DNA of 64,000 bases from Bacteroidales bacterium (GTDB lineage: Bacteria > Bacteroidota > Bacteroidia > Bacteroidales > WCHB1-69), in NCBI GenBank assembly GCA_045600905.1, contig JAZRYT010000179.1, positions 777 to 64,776 on the forward strand, given 5' to 3'. Below the pieces are notes generated by a model. It searched no databases, had not been told where the DNA came from, and saw nothing but the letters and a program-made list of their open reading frames with translations. Shown here one piece after another: positions 7,567 through 17,000 of the stretch (its first letter is position 1; each line of letters begins with the position of its first letter). The translations under genes and the position numbers were made by a program.

Positions 7567-10278
7567 ATGGCAGATAAGACTACCGGCATCAATGAAGAGA
7601 ACCTTGTAAACGAGGAAGAACAGAACTCGGATCTCCATAAAGTCATTTTCGTACAATCGATGTATCGAGAATGGTTTTTGGACTACGCCTCTTACGTTAT
7701 CTTGGATCGTGCCTTTCCGGATGTATATGACGGTTTGAAGCCCGTACAGCGCCGTATTCTCCACTCTATGGACGAGTTGGAGGACGGGCGTTTCAACAAA
7801 GTGGCCAACATCGTCGGCAACACGATGAAATACCACCCGCACGGCGACCAGTCCATCTACTCCGCTTTGGTCAGTTTAGGGCAGAAGAACTACGTGATTG
7901 ACACGCAGGGTAACTGGGGTAACATTCTCACGGGAGACCCAGCTGCCGCACCGCGTTACATTGAGGCACGCCTTTCCAAATTCGCCTTGGACGTGGTGTT
8001 CAACCACAAGACGACAGACTGGCAGGTTTCCTATGACGGTCGAAACAAGGAACCCATCGCACTACCCATCAAGTTCCCGTTGCTTTTAGCGCAAGGCGTG
8101 GATGGCGTGGGCGTGGGTATGTCCACGAAAATTCTGCCTCACAACTTCAACGAGCTAATAGACGCCTCCATCCATATTTTGAAAGGCGAGGATTTTGAAA
8201 TATTCCCAGACTTTCCGACTGGCGGCACTGCGGATGTCAGCCGCTATTGCGATGGTGCCCAGGGAGGAAAAGTACGTAACCGTGCCAAAATCAACATTGT
8301 TGACAACAAAACCTTAGTTATCACTGAGATACCCTACGGCACCACGACCGGCAAACTCATTACGGAATCCAAGAACTCCATCACGGCCGCCGTCGATATG
8401 GGCAAGCTCAAAGTCAAGAAGATTGACGACAACACGGCAGAGCAGGTGGAGATCTACCTTCACCTGCAACCCGGTGTTTCCCCGGACCAGACCATCGACG
8501 CGCTCTACGCTTTCACTGATTGCGAGATCACCTACTCCACCAACGCCTGCGTCATCTGGAACGGTCACCCCGTGTTCACCAACGTGAAGGAGATTCTCAA
8601 GATCAACACCGAGAACACGTTGAACCTGCTGCGCCGCGAATTGGAAATCGAGTTGGAGGAATTGGGCAACAAATGGCACAAGATTTCTTTGGAAATCATC
8701 TTCTTCGACAAGGGCATCTACAAGGAATTGGAAAACAGATCTGCCGAATCCTGGGATGTGCAAATCGACAACATCGAGCACGCATTTGATCCCTACCGAC
8801 ATCTTTTCAAACAGGAAATCACCCGCGACGACGTGCTGGCACTTTGCGAAAAGCCCGTCCGAAAGATTTCCAAATTCGACATCAAAAAGGCCGAACAGGA
8901 TATTGCCGACATCGAGCTCAACATCGAGGAGGTTCAAAACCACCTCGACCACATCGTTGACTTCGCCATCAACTATTTCCGCCAGTTGAAGAAGAAATAC
9001 GGCGCCGCCCATCCGCGTCTGACCGAAATCAAGAATTTCGACACCATTGTCGCATCCACCGTGGCTGTCGCCAACCAGAAACTGTACGTTGACAAGAAGG
9101 AAGGATTTATCGGCACCTCCCTCAAGAAAGATGAGAATGTGGAATACGTCTGCGACTGTTCAGACTTGGACGAGCTCGTCATTTTCCACGAAGACGGCAA
9201 GTTCCTCATCACGAAAGTGACAGACAAGAAATTCGTCGGCAAGAACATCTTGCACGTCGAAGTCTTCAAGCGTGGTGACGACCGCCACATCTACAACCTC
9301 GCCTACACCAACGGCGCAGGCGGTGCCACCATGGTCAAACGATTTGCCGTAGGCGGTGTTTCCCGTGACAAGGAATACGACGTCACCAAAGGCAAAGCCG
9401 GGTCCAAAATACTCTACTTCACCTCCAATCCGAATGGTGAAGCTGAAGTCATCCGCGTAAAACTGAAACCGAAAGCCAAACTCAAAAAGAAGGAGTTCGA
9501 CTACGACTTCAGCAAACTGGCGGTCAAGAGCCGTTCCGCTTTGGGCAACCTGCTGACACACTACCCTATCGCGTCCATCACGCTTGGACAAAAGGGCGTT
9601 TCCACCCTCAGCGCCATCAACATCTACTTTGAAGAATCCGTAATGCGCCTCAACACCGACGAAAGAGGCACGTTGCTCGGCGCTTTCAAAGAGGATGATA
9701 AAATCATAACGCTGTACAAATCCGGCAACTACCGTATTACCGGTTTTGAGCTGAACACCCATTTTGATGACGACTTGGGCATCATCAAGAAATGGAACAA
9801 AAAACAGATTATCACAGCCGTCTATTATCAAAAGAAAGAGGACAAATACTTCATCAAGCGCTTTGTTCCCGATACTTTTAACAAAAAAATAGACTTCATA
9901 CCCGAGGACGGAGCATCTTCCATCATCGGCATATCCCTGGATTATCTACCTCAAATCAAGGTGGTTTACAGAGAGAAGAAAGCAGAAGAAGACAGTGTGG
10001 ACATCATCTCCTGCGCCGACTACGTGGAACCAATGTCTTTCCGTGCCCGCGGCAAACGTATCAGCTTCCCGAACATTAAGAAAGTAACCTTCCTCGAACC
10101 TCTGCCTTACGACGAACCGGAAGAAGAACCCGAAGAGGAAGTTGAAGAAATTGACGAATCCCAAATCGAGAGCGTTGACGACGCCATCGCCAAAGATATT
10201 TTCAAAGACATCACCGTGGAGAAATCGGATGATTCCGGCCCTGCAGACGAAAGCGGCGACCAACTGACACTGTTTTAG
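7567..10278 (+). CDS. parC: Type IIA topoisomerase subunit A, ParC-like (DNA topoisomerase IV subunit A)
   Basis: GyrA/ParC signatures are present: LKPVQRRILH, YHPHGD and the active-site region AAPRYIEARL. I see no QRRGGKG GyrA box, which favours ParC over GyrA. The ATG at 7567 is 28 nt after a TATTTTTG box; the ORF-track start at 7366 is rejected. The C-terminal tail is acidic. Confidence 0.8.
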   Translation: MADKTTGINEENLVNEEEQNSDLHKVIFVQSMYREWFLDYASYVILDRAFPDVYDGLKPVQRRILHSMDELEDGRFNKVANIVGNTMKYHPHGDQSIYSALVSLGQKNYVIDTQGNWGNILTGDPAAAPRYIEARLSKFALDVVFNHKTTDWQVSYDGRNKEPIALPIKFPLLLAQGVDGVGVGMSTKILPHNFNELIDASIHILKGEDFEIFPDFPTGGTADVSRYCDGAQGGKVRNRAKINIVDNKTLVITEIPYGTTTGKLITESKNSITAAVDMGKLKVKKIDDNTAEQVEIYLHLQPGVSPDQTIDALYAFTDCEITYSTNACVIWNGHPVFTNVKEILKINTENTLNLLRRELEIELEELGNKWHKISLEIIFFDKGIYKELENRSAESWDVQIDNIEHAFDPYRHLFKQEITRDDVLALCEKPVRKISKFDIKKAEQDIADIELNIEEVQNHLDHIVDFAINYFRQLKKKYGAAHPRLTEIKNFDTIVASTVAVANQKLYVDKKEGFIGTSLKKDENVEYVCDCSDLDELVIFHEDGKFLITKVTDKKFVGKNILHVEVFKRGDDRHIYNLAYTNGAGGATMVKRFAVGGVSRDKEYDVTKGKAGSKILYFTSNPNGEAEVIRVKLKPKAKLKKKEFDYDFSKLAVKSRSALGNLLTHYPIASITLGQKGVSTLSAINIYFEESVMRLNTDERGTLLGAFKEDDKIITLYKSGNYRITGFELNTHFDDDLGIIKKWNKKQIITAVYYQKKEDKYFIKRFVPDTFNKKIDFIPEDGASSIIGISLDYLPQIKVVYREKKAEEDSVDIISCADYVEPMSFRARGKRISFPNIKKVTFLEPLPYDEPEEEPEEEVEEIDESQIESVDDAIAKDIFKDITVEKSDDSGPADESGDQLTLF

Positions 10279-10290
10279 TGAAAACGGTGT

Positions 10291-10310
10291 AATGTAATGC
10301 AATGTAATGT
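10291..10310 (+). repeat. Pentamer array AATGT AATGC AATGT AATGT
   Basis: Read directly, 13 nt after the parC stop. Confidence 0.8.
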
Positions 10311-10416
10311 AGAGACGGGGCACTGCACCGTCTCTACGGCGAAATCGCCAACAAAATTGGAATTAGACGGTGCAGTGCACCGTCTCTACGGCGAAATCGC
10401 CAATGTATTGGAAAAC
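10311..10416 (+). repeat. REP-like palindromic element, two tandem copies of about 52 bp
   Basis: AGAGACGGGGCACTGCACCGTCTCTACGGCGAAATCGCCAA... followed by TTAGACGGTGCAGTGCACCGTCTCTACGGCGAAATCGCCAATGTATTGGAAAAC. A second small hairpin is GGCGA-AA-TCGCC. Confidence 0.9.
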
Positions 10417-10444
10417 TTGAAACTTGAAACCTGAAACTTGAAAC
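10410..10444 (+). repeat. Heptamer array GGAAAAC TTGAAAC TTGAAAC CTGAAAC TTGAAAC
   Basis: Read directly. The last unit supplies the TTG start of the cytochrome c peroxidase gene. Confidence 0.9.
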
Positions 10445-11538
10445 TCCCCAAGTACCTGACATATTGCCTACTCATCCTCCTCGTTTCCTCCTGCGTACAT
10501 CCCGTAGAGGACCCTACGCCTATGGACATTAGCATACCCTACGGTTTCCCCACGCGTTTGAACATTCCGGAAGACAATCCGATGACGGTGGAAGGTGTGA
10601 CTTTAGGCAAGCTTCTGTTTGATGACCCGCACCTTTGCGGCTATCTTGGTTCCGACCCCGACTCGCTGATGGCCTGCGCGACCTGCCACGTTCAAGCGCA
10701 CAACTACGACATCGGCACCGACAATCCTCGATTCCCCGACGGCATCGCACGTGGGCGAAGCACAGGAAAGCCTACCATCCACAATGTGATGCCGCTCACC
10801 AATTTAGTGTTCAACAACGAAGGTTACTTCTGGAACGGCAGCATCTGTCCGCAGAACCCCAATGCCAATCAGCGAAGCATAGAAGACATTGTCCGAATGG
10901 CCATCACCGCCGAAGACGAAATGTGTGGCACAGAGGCTTCCGCTGTGGCAGCCATACGCGCCGACAGCCGCTACCCCGAACTTTTCAAGAAAGCCTTCGG
11001 CTCGGAAGAAATCACGATGGAACGCATCGAAAAGGCCATTGCACAATACGTCCGCTCGCTCGTTTCCGGCCAGTCCAAATTCGACCGCTATCTGCAAGGA
11101 CAAGAGCAGCTCACCCCGCAAGAATTACACGGCTACATCCTCTTCACCACAGAAGAAGGTGCCGACTGCTTCCACTGCCACGGCAGTGACGGTTCTCCCC
11201 TATTTACGACCAATTTATTCTACAACAACGGTTTGGACAACGTCTTCACGGACACACACGACCGTTTTTCCTTCACCGGCAACGCGATGGACAGAGGCGC
11301 ATACCGCGCTCCCTCCTTACGCAATGTCGCCGTGTCGGCACCCTATATGCACGACGGCCGATTCAAAACTTTAGACGAAGTGCTGACTTTCTACAACGAG
11401 GGATTGCAGTATTCGCCCTACGTCAGCCCGCTAATGCACCACATCAACGATGGCGGCACTTTACTCTCCCCTTCGGACATTGCCGACCTAAAGGCATTCT
11501 TGAAGACACTGACCGACGACACCTACCTACAACCGTAA
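10438..11538 (+). CDS. Di-heme cytochrome c peroxidase (CCP/MauG family) lipoprotein
   Basis: Two CXXCH heme motifs (CATCH, CFHCH). The N-terminus MKLPKYLTYCLLILLVSSC is lipoprotein-like. The only possible start is TTG at 10438, because an in-frame TGA sits at 10432-10434. Confidence 0.8.
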   Translation: MKLPKYLTYCLLILLVSSCVHPVEDPTPMDISIPYGFPTRLNIPEDNPMTVEGVTLGKLLFDDPHLCGYLGSDPDSLMACATCHVQAHNYDIGTDNPRFPDGIARGRSTGKPTIHNVMPLTNLVFNNEGYFWNGSICPQNPNANQRSIEDIVRMAITAEDEMCGTEASAVAAIRADSRYPELFKKAFGSEEITMERIEKAIAQYVRSLVSGQSKFDRYLQGQEQLTPQELHGYILFTTEEGADCFHCHGSDGSPLFTTNLFYNNGLDNVFTDTHDRFSFTGNAMDRGAYRAPSLRNVAVSAPYMHDGRFKTLDEVLTFYNEGLQYSPYVSPLMHHINDGGTLLSPSDIADLKAFLKTLTDDTYLQP

Positions 11539-11557
11539 TCTTTATTTTACTTCACCA

Positions 11558-12865
11558 ATGAACAAAGAAATTCTTCGCTTAGCCATTCCGAGTATCATCA
11601 CCAATATCACCGTTCCTTTGTTGGGGATGGTGGATGTGGCCATCGTCGGGCACATCGGCAATGCCAGCTACATCGCGGCTATTGCTTTGGCCACAATGGT
11701 TTTCAACCTCATCTACTGGAATTTCGGATTCCTGCGGATGGGCACCAGCGGACTAACCGCCCAAGCCTACGGTGCCAACGACAAAGCCGAATATCTCAGC
11801 ATTTTGGTTCGAGGCATCACCATTGCCTTAGTATCCGCCATACTGCTTATCCTTTTGCAAAAGCCCATCGGATTTCTATGTGAGAAGCTCATCCAGAGCA
11901 GTTCGGAAACCATTGCGCTGACGCTCACCTACTTCTACATCCGCATTTGGGCGGCGCCCGCCACGTTGGGTCTCTACGCCCTCAAAGGTTGGTTCATCGG
12001 GATGCAGAATGCCAAGACGCCAATGTGGATAGCCATCATCCTGAACATCGTCAACATAGTATGCAGTCTCATTTTCGTCTTTGTCTTCCACGCCGGCATC
12101 GCAGGCGTGGCCTGGGGCACCGTCATCGCACAATACAGCGGTCTGTTGATGGCTGTCAGCCTGTGGTTCATCCAATACGGCAATCTCCGCAAAGACATTC
12201 GCATCCGCGAAAGTCTGAAGCTCAAAGAGATGAAACTTTTCTTCCAATTGAACGCGGACATCTTCCTGCGCACGCTCTGCCTTATCGCCGTCTTCACCTT
12301 CATTCCCTACATCTCCGCCAAAATGGGTGACGAAGTGGTGGCGGCTAACACCTTGCTAATGCAACTTTTCACCCTCTTATCCTATATAATGGATGGATTT
12401 GCATACGCGGGCGAGTCGCTTGTGGGACGTTTCATTGGAGCAAAAGATTTGGAATCCTTGAAAAGCTGCATCCGCCGATTACTCTTCTGGGGAGTCGGAT
12501 TGGCTGTGGTTTTCACTCTGCTATATGCCACCTGCGGACGCGGGCTGCTCGGCATCCTCACCAATAACGAGCCGGTAATCGAAGAAGCAATGCGTTACAT
12601 TCTATGGACTGTCCTAGTGCCGTTTGCTGGCTTTGCGGCCTTCATCTACGACGGCATCTACATCGGAGCCACCGCATCCAAGGCTATGCGCGATGTGATG
12701 TTTGTGGCAACGGCTGTCTTCTTCATCTTCTATTATGCTTTCCGAAACGCTTTGGGCAACAACGGACTCTGGATTGCCTTCCTGCTTTTCCTCGCTTTAC
12801 GAGGATTGGGGATGTTCATCCTTCAAAACAAACACGTATGTAATCGGGCTATGCGTTCCCTTTAG
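11558..12865 (+). CDS. MATE family efflux transporter
   Basis: 435-aa polytopic protein. The N-terminus ILRLAIPSIITNITVPLLGMVDVAIVGH is typical of MATE/DinF-like transporters. Confidence 0.8.
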   Translation: MNKEILRLAIPSIITNITVPLLGMVDVAIVGHIGNASYIAAIALATMVFNLIYWNFGFLRMGTSGLTAQAYGANDKAEYLSILVRGITIALVSAILLILLQKPIGFLCEKLIQSSSETIALTLTYFYIRIWAAPATLGLYALKGWFIGMQNAKTPMWIAIILNIVNIVCSLIFVFVFHAGIAGVAWGTVIAQYSGLLMAVSLWFIQYGNLRKDIRIRESLKLKEMKLFFQLNADIFLRTLCLIAVFTFIPYISAKMGDEVVAANTLLMQLFTLLSYIMDGFAYAGESLVGRFIGAKDLESLKSCIRRLLFWGVGLAVVFTLLYATCGRGLLGILTNNEPVIEEAMRYILWTVLVPFAGFAAFIYDGIYIGATASKAMRDVMFVATAVFFIFYYAFRNALGNNGLWIAFLLFLALRGLGMFILQNKHVCNRAMRSL

Positions 12866-12880
12866 CAGCTGTTTCGCCAG

Positions 12881-13615
12881 TTATTGTTCTGGCAGTACGA
12901 ACTTGACTGGCACTTGGTAAAACATCTTTTTGCTTTCACCCTTATACTCTTCTACTTTCCATCGGGGCATTGCCCTAATGACACGAAGGGCTTCCGCGTC
13001 GCAGTCAGGTGACAAGCTGACCTTCACTTTAGGATCAGCCAGATAGCCATCCTCTTTCACGACAAACTCTACGATGACGGTGCCCTGAATACTGTCTGCC
13101 AAAGCGGATGCGGGATAGTGTGTCTCCTTTTCCAAGAATGCCATCAGAGCTTCCACACCGCCAGGGTACTCCGACGGGAGTTCAATCGTACCCATGATTG
13201 GGGGAACCAACGTATCGGCATTTTCGAGTTGCTCACTGAAGAAATCCAATTTTCTGCTGGAAGTATCTGTCACGAAATCCATTCCTTCGATGGAAGAATC
13301 ATTAGCACGCTGCACATTCTCCTCCATTTCAAGAACAATTCCGGGAAGGACCACATCTTCTCGATGGGCGGCACATCCGGCTGTCGCAGTTGCTATGCCA
13401 AGGGACAGGCCTGCCAGAGTTACCGCCTTTCCCAAACGCAGCCGTTTGCGGAGTTCCTCCTCCAAATAGCGCAGTTCGGACTCACATCTCGGACAGGTCC
13501 CCGTGCAATCGCCTTGATAATGGCACTCATCCGTAATAAGGGCAATGTCATTTTCATCCGCAATACGTTGGCGGATCTCCTTCAAAATCTTACAGGTGTT
13601 TTTTCCTCTATACAT
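12881..13615 (-). CDS. TonB C-terminal-domain protein with an N-terminal Cys-rich (zinc-ribbon-like) cytoplasmic segment
   Basis: The C-terminus EYPGGVEALMAFLEK...GTVIVEFVVKEDG...VKFVL matches a TonB_C fold. The N-terminus has ECHYQGDCTGTCPRCE, followed by a TM segment. The track start at 13633 is GTG and overlaps a TATTTTTG box, so the ATG at 13615 is preferred. Confidence 0.7.
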   Translation of the reverse strand: MYRGKNTCKILKEIRQRIADENDIALITDECHYQGDCTGTCPRCESELRYLEEELRKRLRLGKAVTLAGLSLGIATATAGCAAHREDVVLPGIVLEMEENVQRANDSSIEGMDFVTDTSSRKLDFFSEQLENADTLVPPIMGTIELPSEYPGGVEALMAFLEKETHYPASALADSIQGTVIVEFVVKEDGYLADPKVKVSLSPDCDAEALRVIRAMPRWKVEEYKGESKKMFYQVPVKFVLPEQ

Positions 13616-13622
13616 CGCAGCG

Positions 13623-13630
13623 CAAAAATA
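13623..13630 (-). promoter_or_regulatory. -7 box TATTTTTG abutting the TonB_C gene start
   Basis: Perfect match ending 8 nt before the ATG at 13615. This implies a near-leaderless transcript if the box is functional. Confidence 0.35.
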
Positions 13631-13659
13631 CACTTTTTATGGGAATTATATTCTATTTG

Positions 13660-14030
13660 ACCCAATCCTAAAATCATCACGGCGAAGCCAACCTTGAGCA
13701 ACTCCGGACGGGTTGTATCTCAGCAACCTCGTGCAAGATCGGAAGAAATTGGAAGACACCATCTGAGGTAAAGGAGGAAGATGTGCAGTTGCAGCGGCGT
13801 AAAGTGGCTTGCACCGAAGTATAAAGCATGCCGACGTTGCCGACGGCTGAAACGTGCGCCGAATGACCGCGGCAGCGATGGACTCTCAAATAACAATGAG
13901 AGGTGAAAACCTGTAATCTGTCTCAACGTAACGAGTTTGGCACAGTCCAGCTGCACAGGGACGATGGACCTGCAGTGCCGGGCCGCACAAATTAGAACAA
14001 CTTATATAAGTTCCTATCTTTAACGAAAAA
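13660..14030. other. Roughly 350-nt gap with coding-like GC content and no credible ORF: candidate structured RNA or decayed gene remnant
   Basis: Other spacers in the window are AT-rich and repeat-built. This one is GC-rich with several local hairpins (e.g. GGCAC...GTCCA...TGGAC...GTGCC at about 13945-13985). Only two overlapping low-quality ORFs are present. Confidence 0.3.
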
Positions 14031-14080
14031 GAGACGGTGCGGTGCACCGTCTCTACAGGAGTGGCGAAAAATTCGCCCGT
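14029..14080. repeat. REP-like palindromic element, third locus
   Basis: GAGACGGTGC-GGT-GCACCGTCTC (14031-14053) followed by TACAGGAGTGGCGAAAAATTCGCC (second hairpin GGCGAA-AAA-TTCGCC). Confidence 0.85.
14031..14053 (-). terminator. Putative intrinsic terminator of the 2902-aa gene, formed by the REP-like hairpin
   Basis: On the minus strand a 10-bp GC-rich stem with a 3-nt loop is followed by TTTTTCG. It lies 28 nt after the stop at 14082-14084. Confidence 0.6.
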
Positions 14081-14081
14081 A

Positions 14082-17000
14082 TTATTTCTTCACAATGCGT
14101 TTGGTCACCACGCCCTTGTCCGTAAGGATGCGAGCGAAATAGACACCGTCAGCACACGTGTTGATGTCGAGCGTGACTTGGGTGTCTTCCACCTTCGTCG
14201 TGTTGATGAGTTTTCCATAAACATCATACACCTCAACATTGTAAATTGTACATTGTTCATTGCTAATAGTAAATTGTCCACTCGTCGGATTCGGATAAAC
14301 GTTGATGGCAGCATCCAAAACATATTCGTTCACACCATCAATCAATGTTGTGAATTGGATTGTCTGGGAGGGATCAGACGTGAGACCGTTATCGCAATTG
14401 GCAATTACCTGAACATCGTATTGCGTATTATCATTGAGACCGTTCAGCGTGTAGGTCATTGCATTGGCAGTAGCCGTTTCCCAAGCAGAAGCTACGGTCT
14501 GTTTGTATTGCACGGTCCAAGAAGATGCAGTATTGGCTTCTTGATCCCAAGTGATGACTGCAGCGTTCTTCGTAATGTTGGAAGCTGCCACATTAGTAGG
14601 AGCAGGACAAGTAGGGACGTCCTCTTCCAATGTAGTAAAGGAGCCGTCAGTCCAGTTGGAGACATTGTCCTCATCGCAAGCAGCTTGTACGCGGACCATA
14701 TAGGCGGTGTTGGCCGTCAGACCGTTAAGTGCGTAAGAAGGAGTATTGCTCACAGCGATATTGCTGGACCAGTCTGCATCGGCAGCAGCCTTGTATTGGA
14801 GGTTCCAAGCAGTTTCGTCGCCACCGGCCGTCCAGGTGATGGTTGCGGTATTTTGCAAGACATTGGAAGCAGCCACGTTAGTCGGTGCGTTGCAGGGATT
14901 TACTGGAGCATCGGAAGTGACATTGATATCATCGATGCAGCAAGAATAGAAAGAAGTAGTATAATTCCAATGGAAGGCAATCATACCATTAGCCGGGATG
15001 TCCGCGCCAGTGAAATCCACGGAGATAGTATCGCCAGTGGTCAGCGAAGGAATCGTTGCCACGACAACAAAAGTGGACATATTGGCAGAGGAAGTCACAT
15101 AACCAACCGTAAGCGTACCATTCGTAGCATTTTCCATTCTACGATAGAAGTTCAAATGCATCGTATTGAGCGGTCTATCGAATGAAGGCAGAACTGCGTA
15201 AGCATCAGCGCCGGCGGCGCCACTGGTGAAGACCATACAGTTAGCACCACTATGCGGATAGCAATAGGAGCCACTACCGACAATGTGCGGAGCGGGATAA
15301 GTCGTATTATTCATGGTGGTCGTCCAGCAGAGGGGTATAGGACCAGCAGCACTGTAGGTTGTTCCTATATAGGAATCAAAGTTTTCTGTATAAGGCAATG
15401 ACATCACATCACAAGCAGTAGCAACAGTATAGTCTGTACTCCAAGCACTGGTTTCGTCATCACCGCACACAGCCTGCACATAGAACGTGTAATTGGTAGA
15501 AGGGGTCAGACCAGTAATGGTAAACGGATTGGTAGAAGCGGGAACAACCGTGCCAGAACCTTGTGTGAAGCCGGCAGGACCATATTCAATATTCCATTGG
15601 GTGGCAGAACCATTTTCAATCCAGCCCAAGGTCACAGAAGATGTCGTGTTGGTCACAGCATTCAGGCCACGCGGGGCGGGGCAACCGGAAATTGTTTCCA
15701 ATCGGATATAGTCCACGTGACCTTCATTGTAAGCCACGGAAGTCTGTCGCGGAGCCAACAAGGCAATGCGGTTACCCTGACCGGTATAGGATGAGAGGTA
15801 AACCATATAGTCACCATAAGTCAAATCAGTCACTTCGATAGTATCCACCGGGACGAATGTGGCGGCATTTTCAGCATTGCCCATCACACCCACCACCAGC
15901 GTAAAGGTAGCATACGTAGAAGTATATTTTCTTGCCTTGAAGGAGAGTTGGAGTGTATTGATAGGATTGGTCGTCACATCTATCGGAGGCAGGATAGCGT
16001 ATTGGTCGCCATAATCGGTAGAAGTTGTTGTTCCAGTATAGAAGCGCAAACTGTTGTTGCCATTATAAGCGTAAGAGGAACTGTTGTAAACAATCGGATA
16101 GCCGGCATAGGAGGAGTACGTGCCGCTCAAGTTGTTCCAGCAGTCGGGCAGATTGTTTACGGTACCCGTTGTAACACCAGGAATACTGTCGAAGCTTTCC
16201 TCGAACGGCAACGTCATAGTGGAGCAAGAAGTTCTGGCAATTAGAATATCGCTCCAAGCACTGTACTCGGAATTGCCGCAGTCGGCCTTCACGCGGAACG
16301 AATAGTACGTTGCCGGAGTCAGACCTTGAGCTGTTGCAGAAGGTGTAGTGGAAGCAAAGACTTGGTTCCAATCATCATCCGTTTCGGAACGATATTCCAC
16401 AACCCAATCAGTTTCGGAGCCGTTCGGAGTCCATTCTACCGTAATGTCATTCGTGTTCACCGTCGTAGCAACAAGATCGGAGACGGGGAAACAATTAGGA
16501 GCCACGGAAATAGTGATATCATCAACATTACCGGTGTTATAAGAAGAATTCGGTTTCTTAGCCACCATCGCGATATACTTGCCACCACCGACATAATCGC
16601 GGAAATAGACCGTAAAATCCTCATACGTGGTACCCGTCGGGGAAATAGTCTGAACAGGAACAAAAGTAGATGTGTCGCGGAAGTCGCTCATCACACCAAT
16701 GACCAATTCAAACGGATAAGAGGTTGAATACTCTCTTGCGCTAAGGGTCATCTGTAACGATTGAATCGGATAGGTCAGGGTATCAATAGATCTCATTACG
16801 GCCCACTGGTCACCGGTAGCCGTGTATGTGTAGAAGCGAAGGCTGTTAGAACCGCTTTGAGCGTATGAGCTGCTGTTATACATAATAGGATAAGCCTTAT
16901 AGGTGGAGCTTGTCCAGCCCAAATGGATCTGGTGCCAGCAATTCGGCAGATTCACCACTGTTCCTGAGGTGGAAGCCGTATAGGAATCAAAATTCTCAGT

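Noticed and set aside
13660-14030. RNase P RNA, tmRNA, SRP RNA, cobalamin riboswitch or TPP riboswitch in the GC-rich gap
   Set aside because: I found none of the following on either strand:
- GGAAAGUCC/ACAGAA.CCGGCUUA P4 strands
- a tRNA-like ...GGUUCGA.UCC...CCA end
- the CAGGUCCGGAAGGAAGCAGC SRP core (only CAGGTCC matches)
- the GCCACUG B12 box

CTGAGA...ACCC is present but lacks the rest of the TPP core, and the plus-strand orientation has no downstream gene. The region is kept only as an unclassified candidate.
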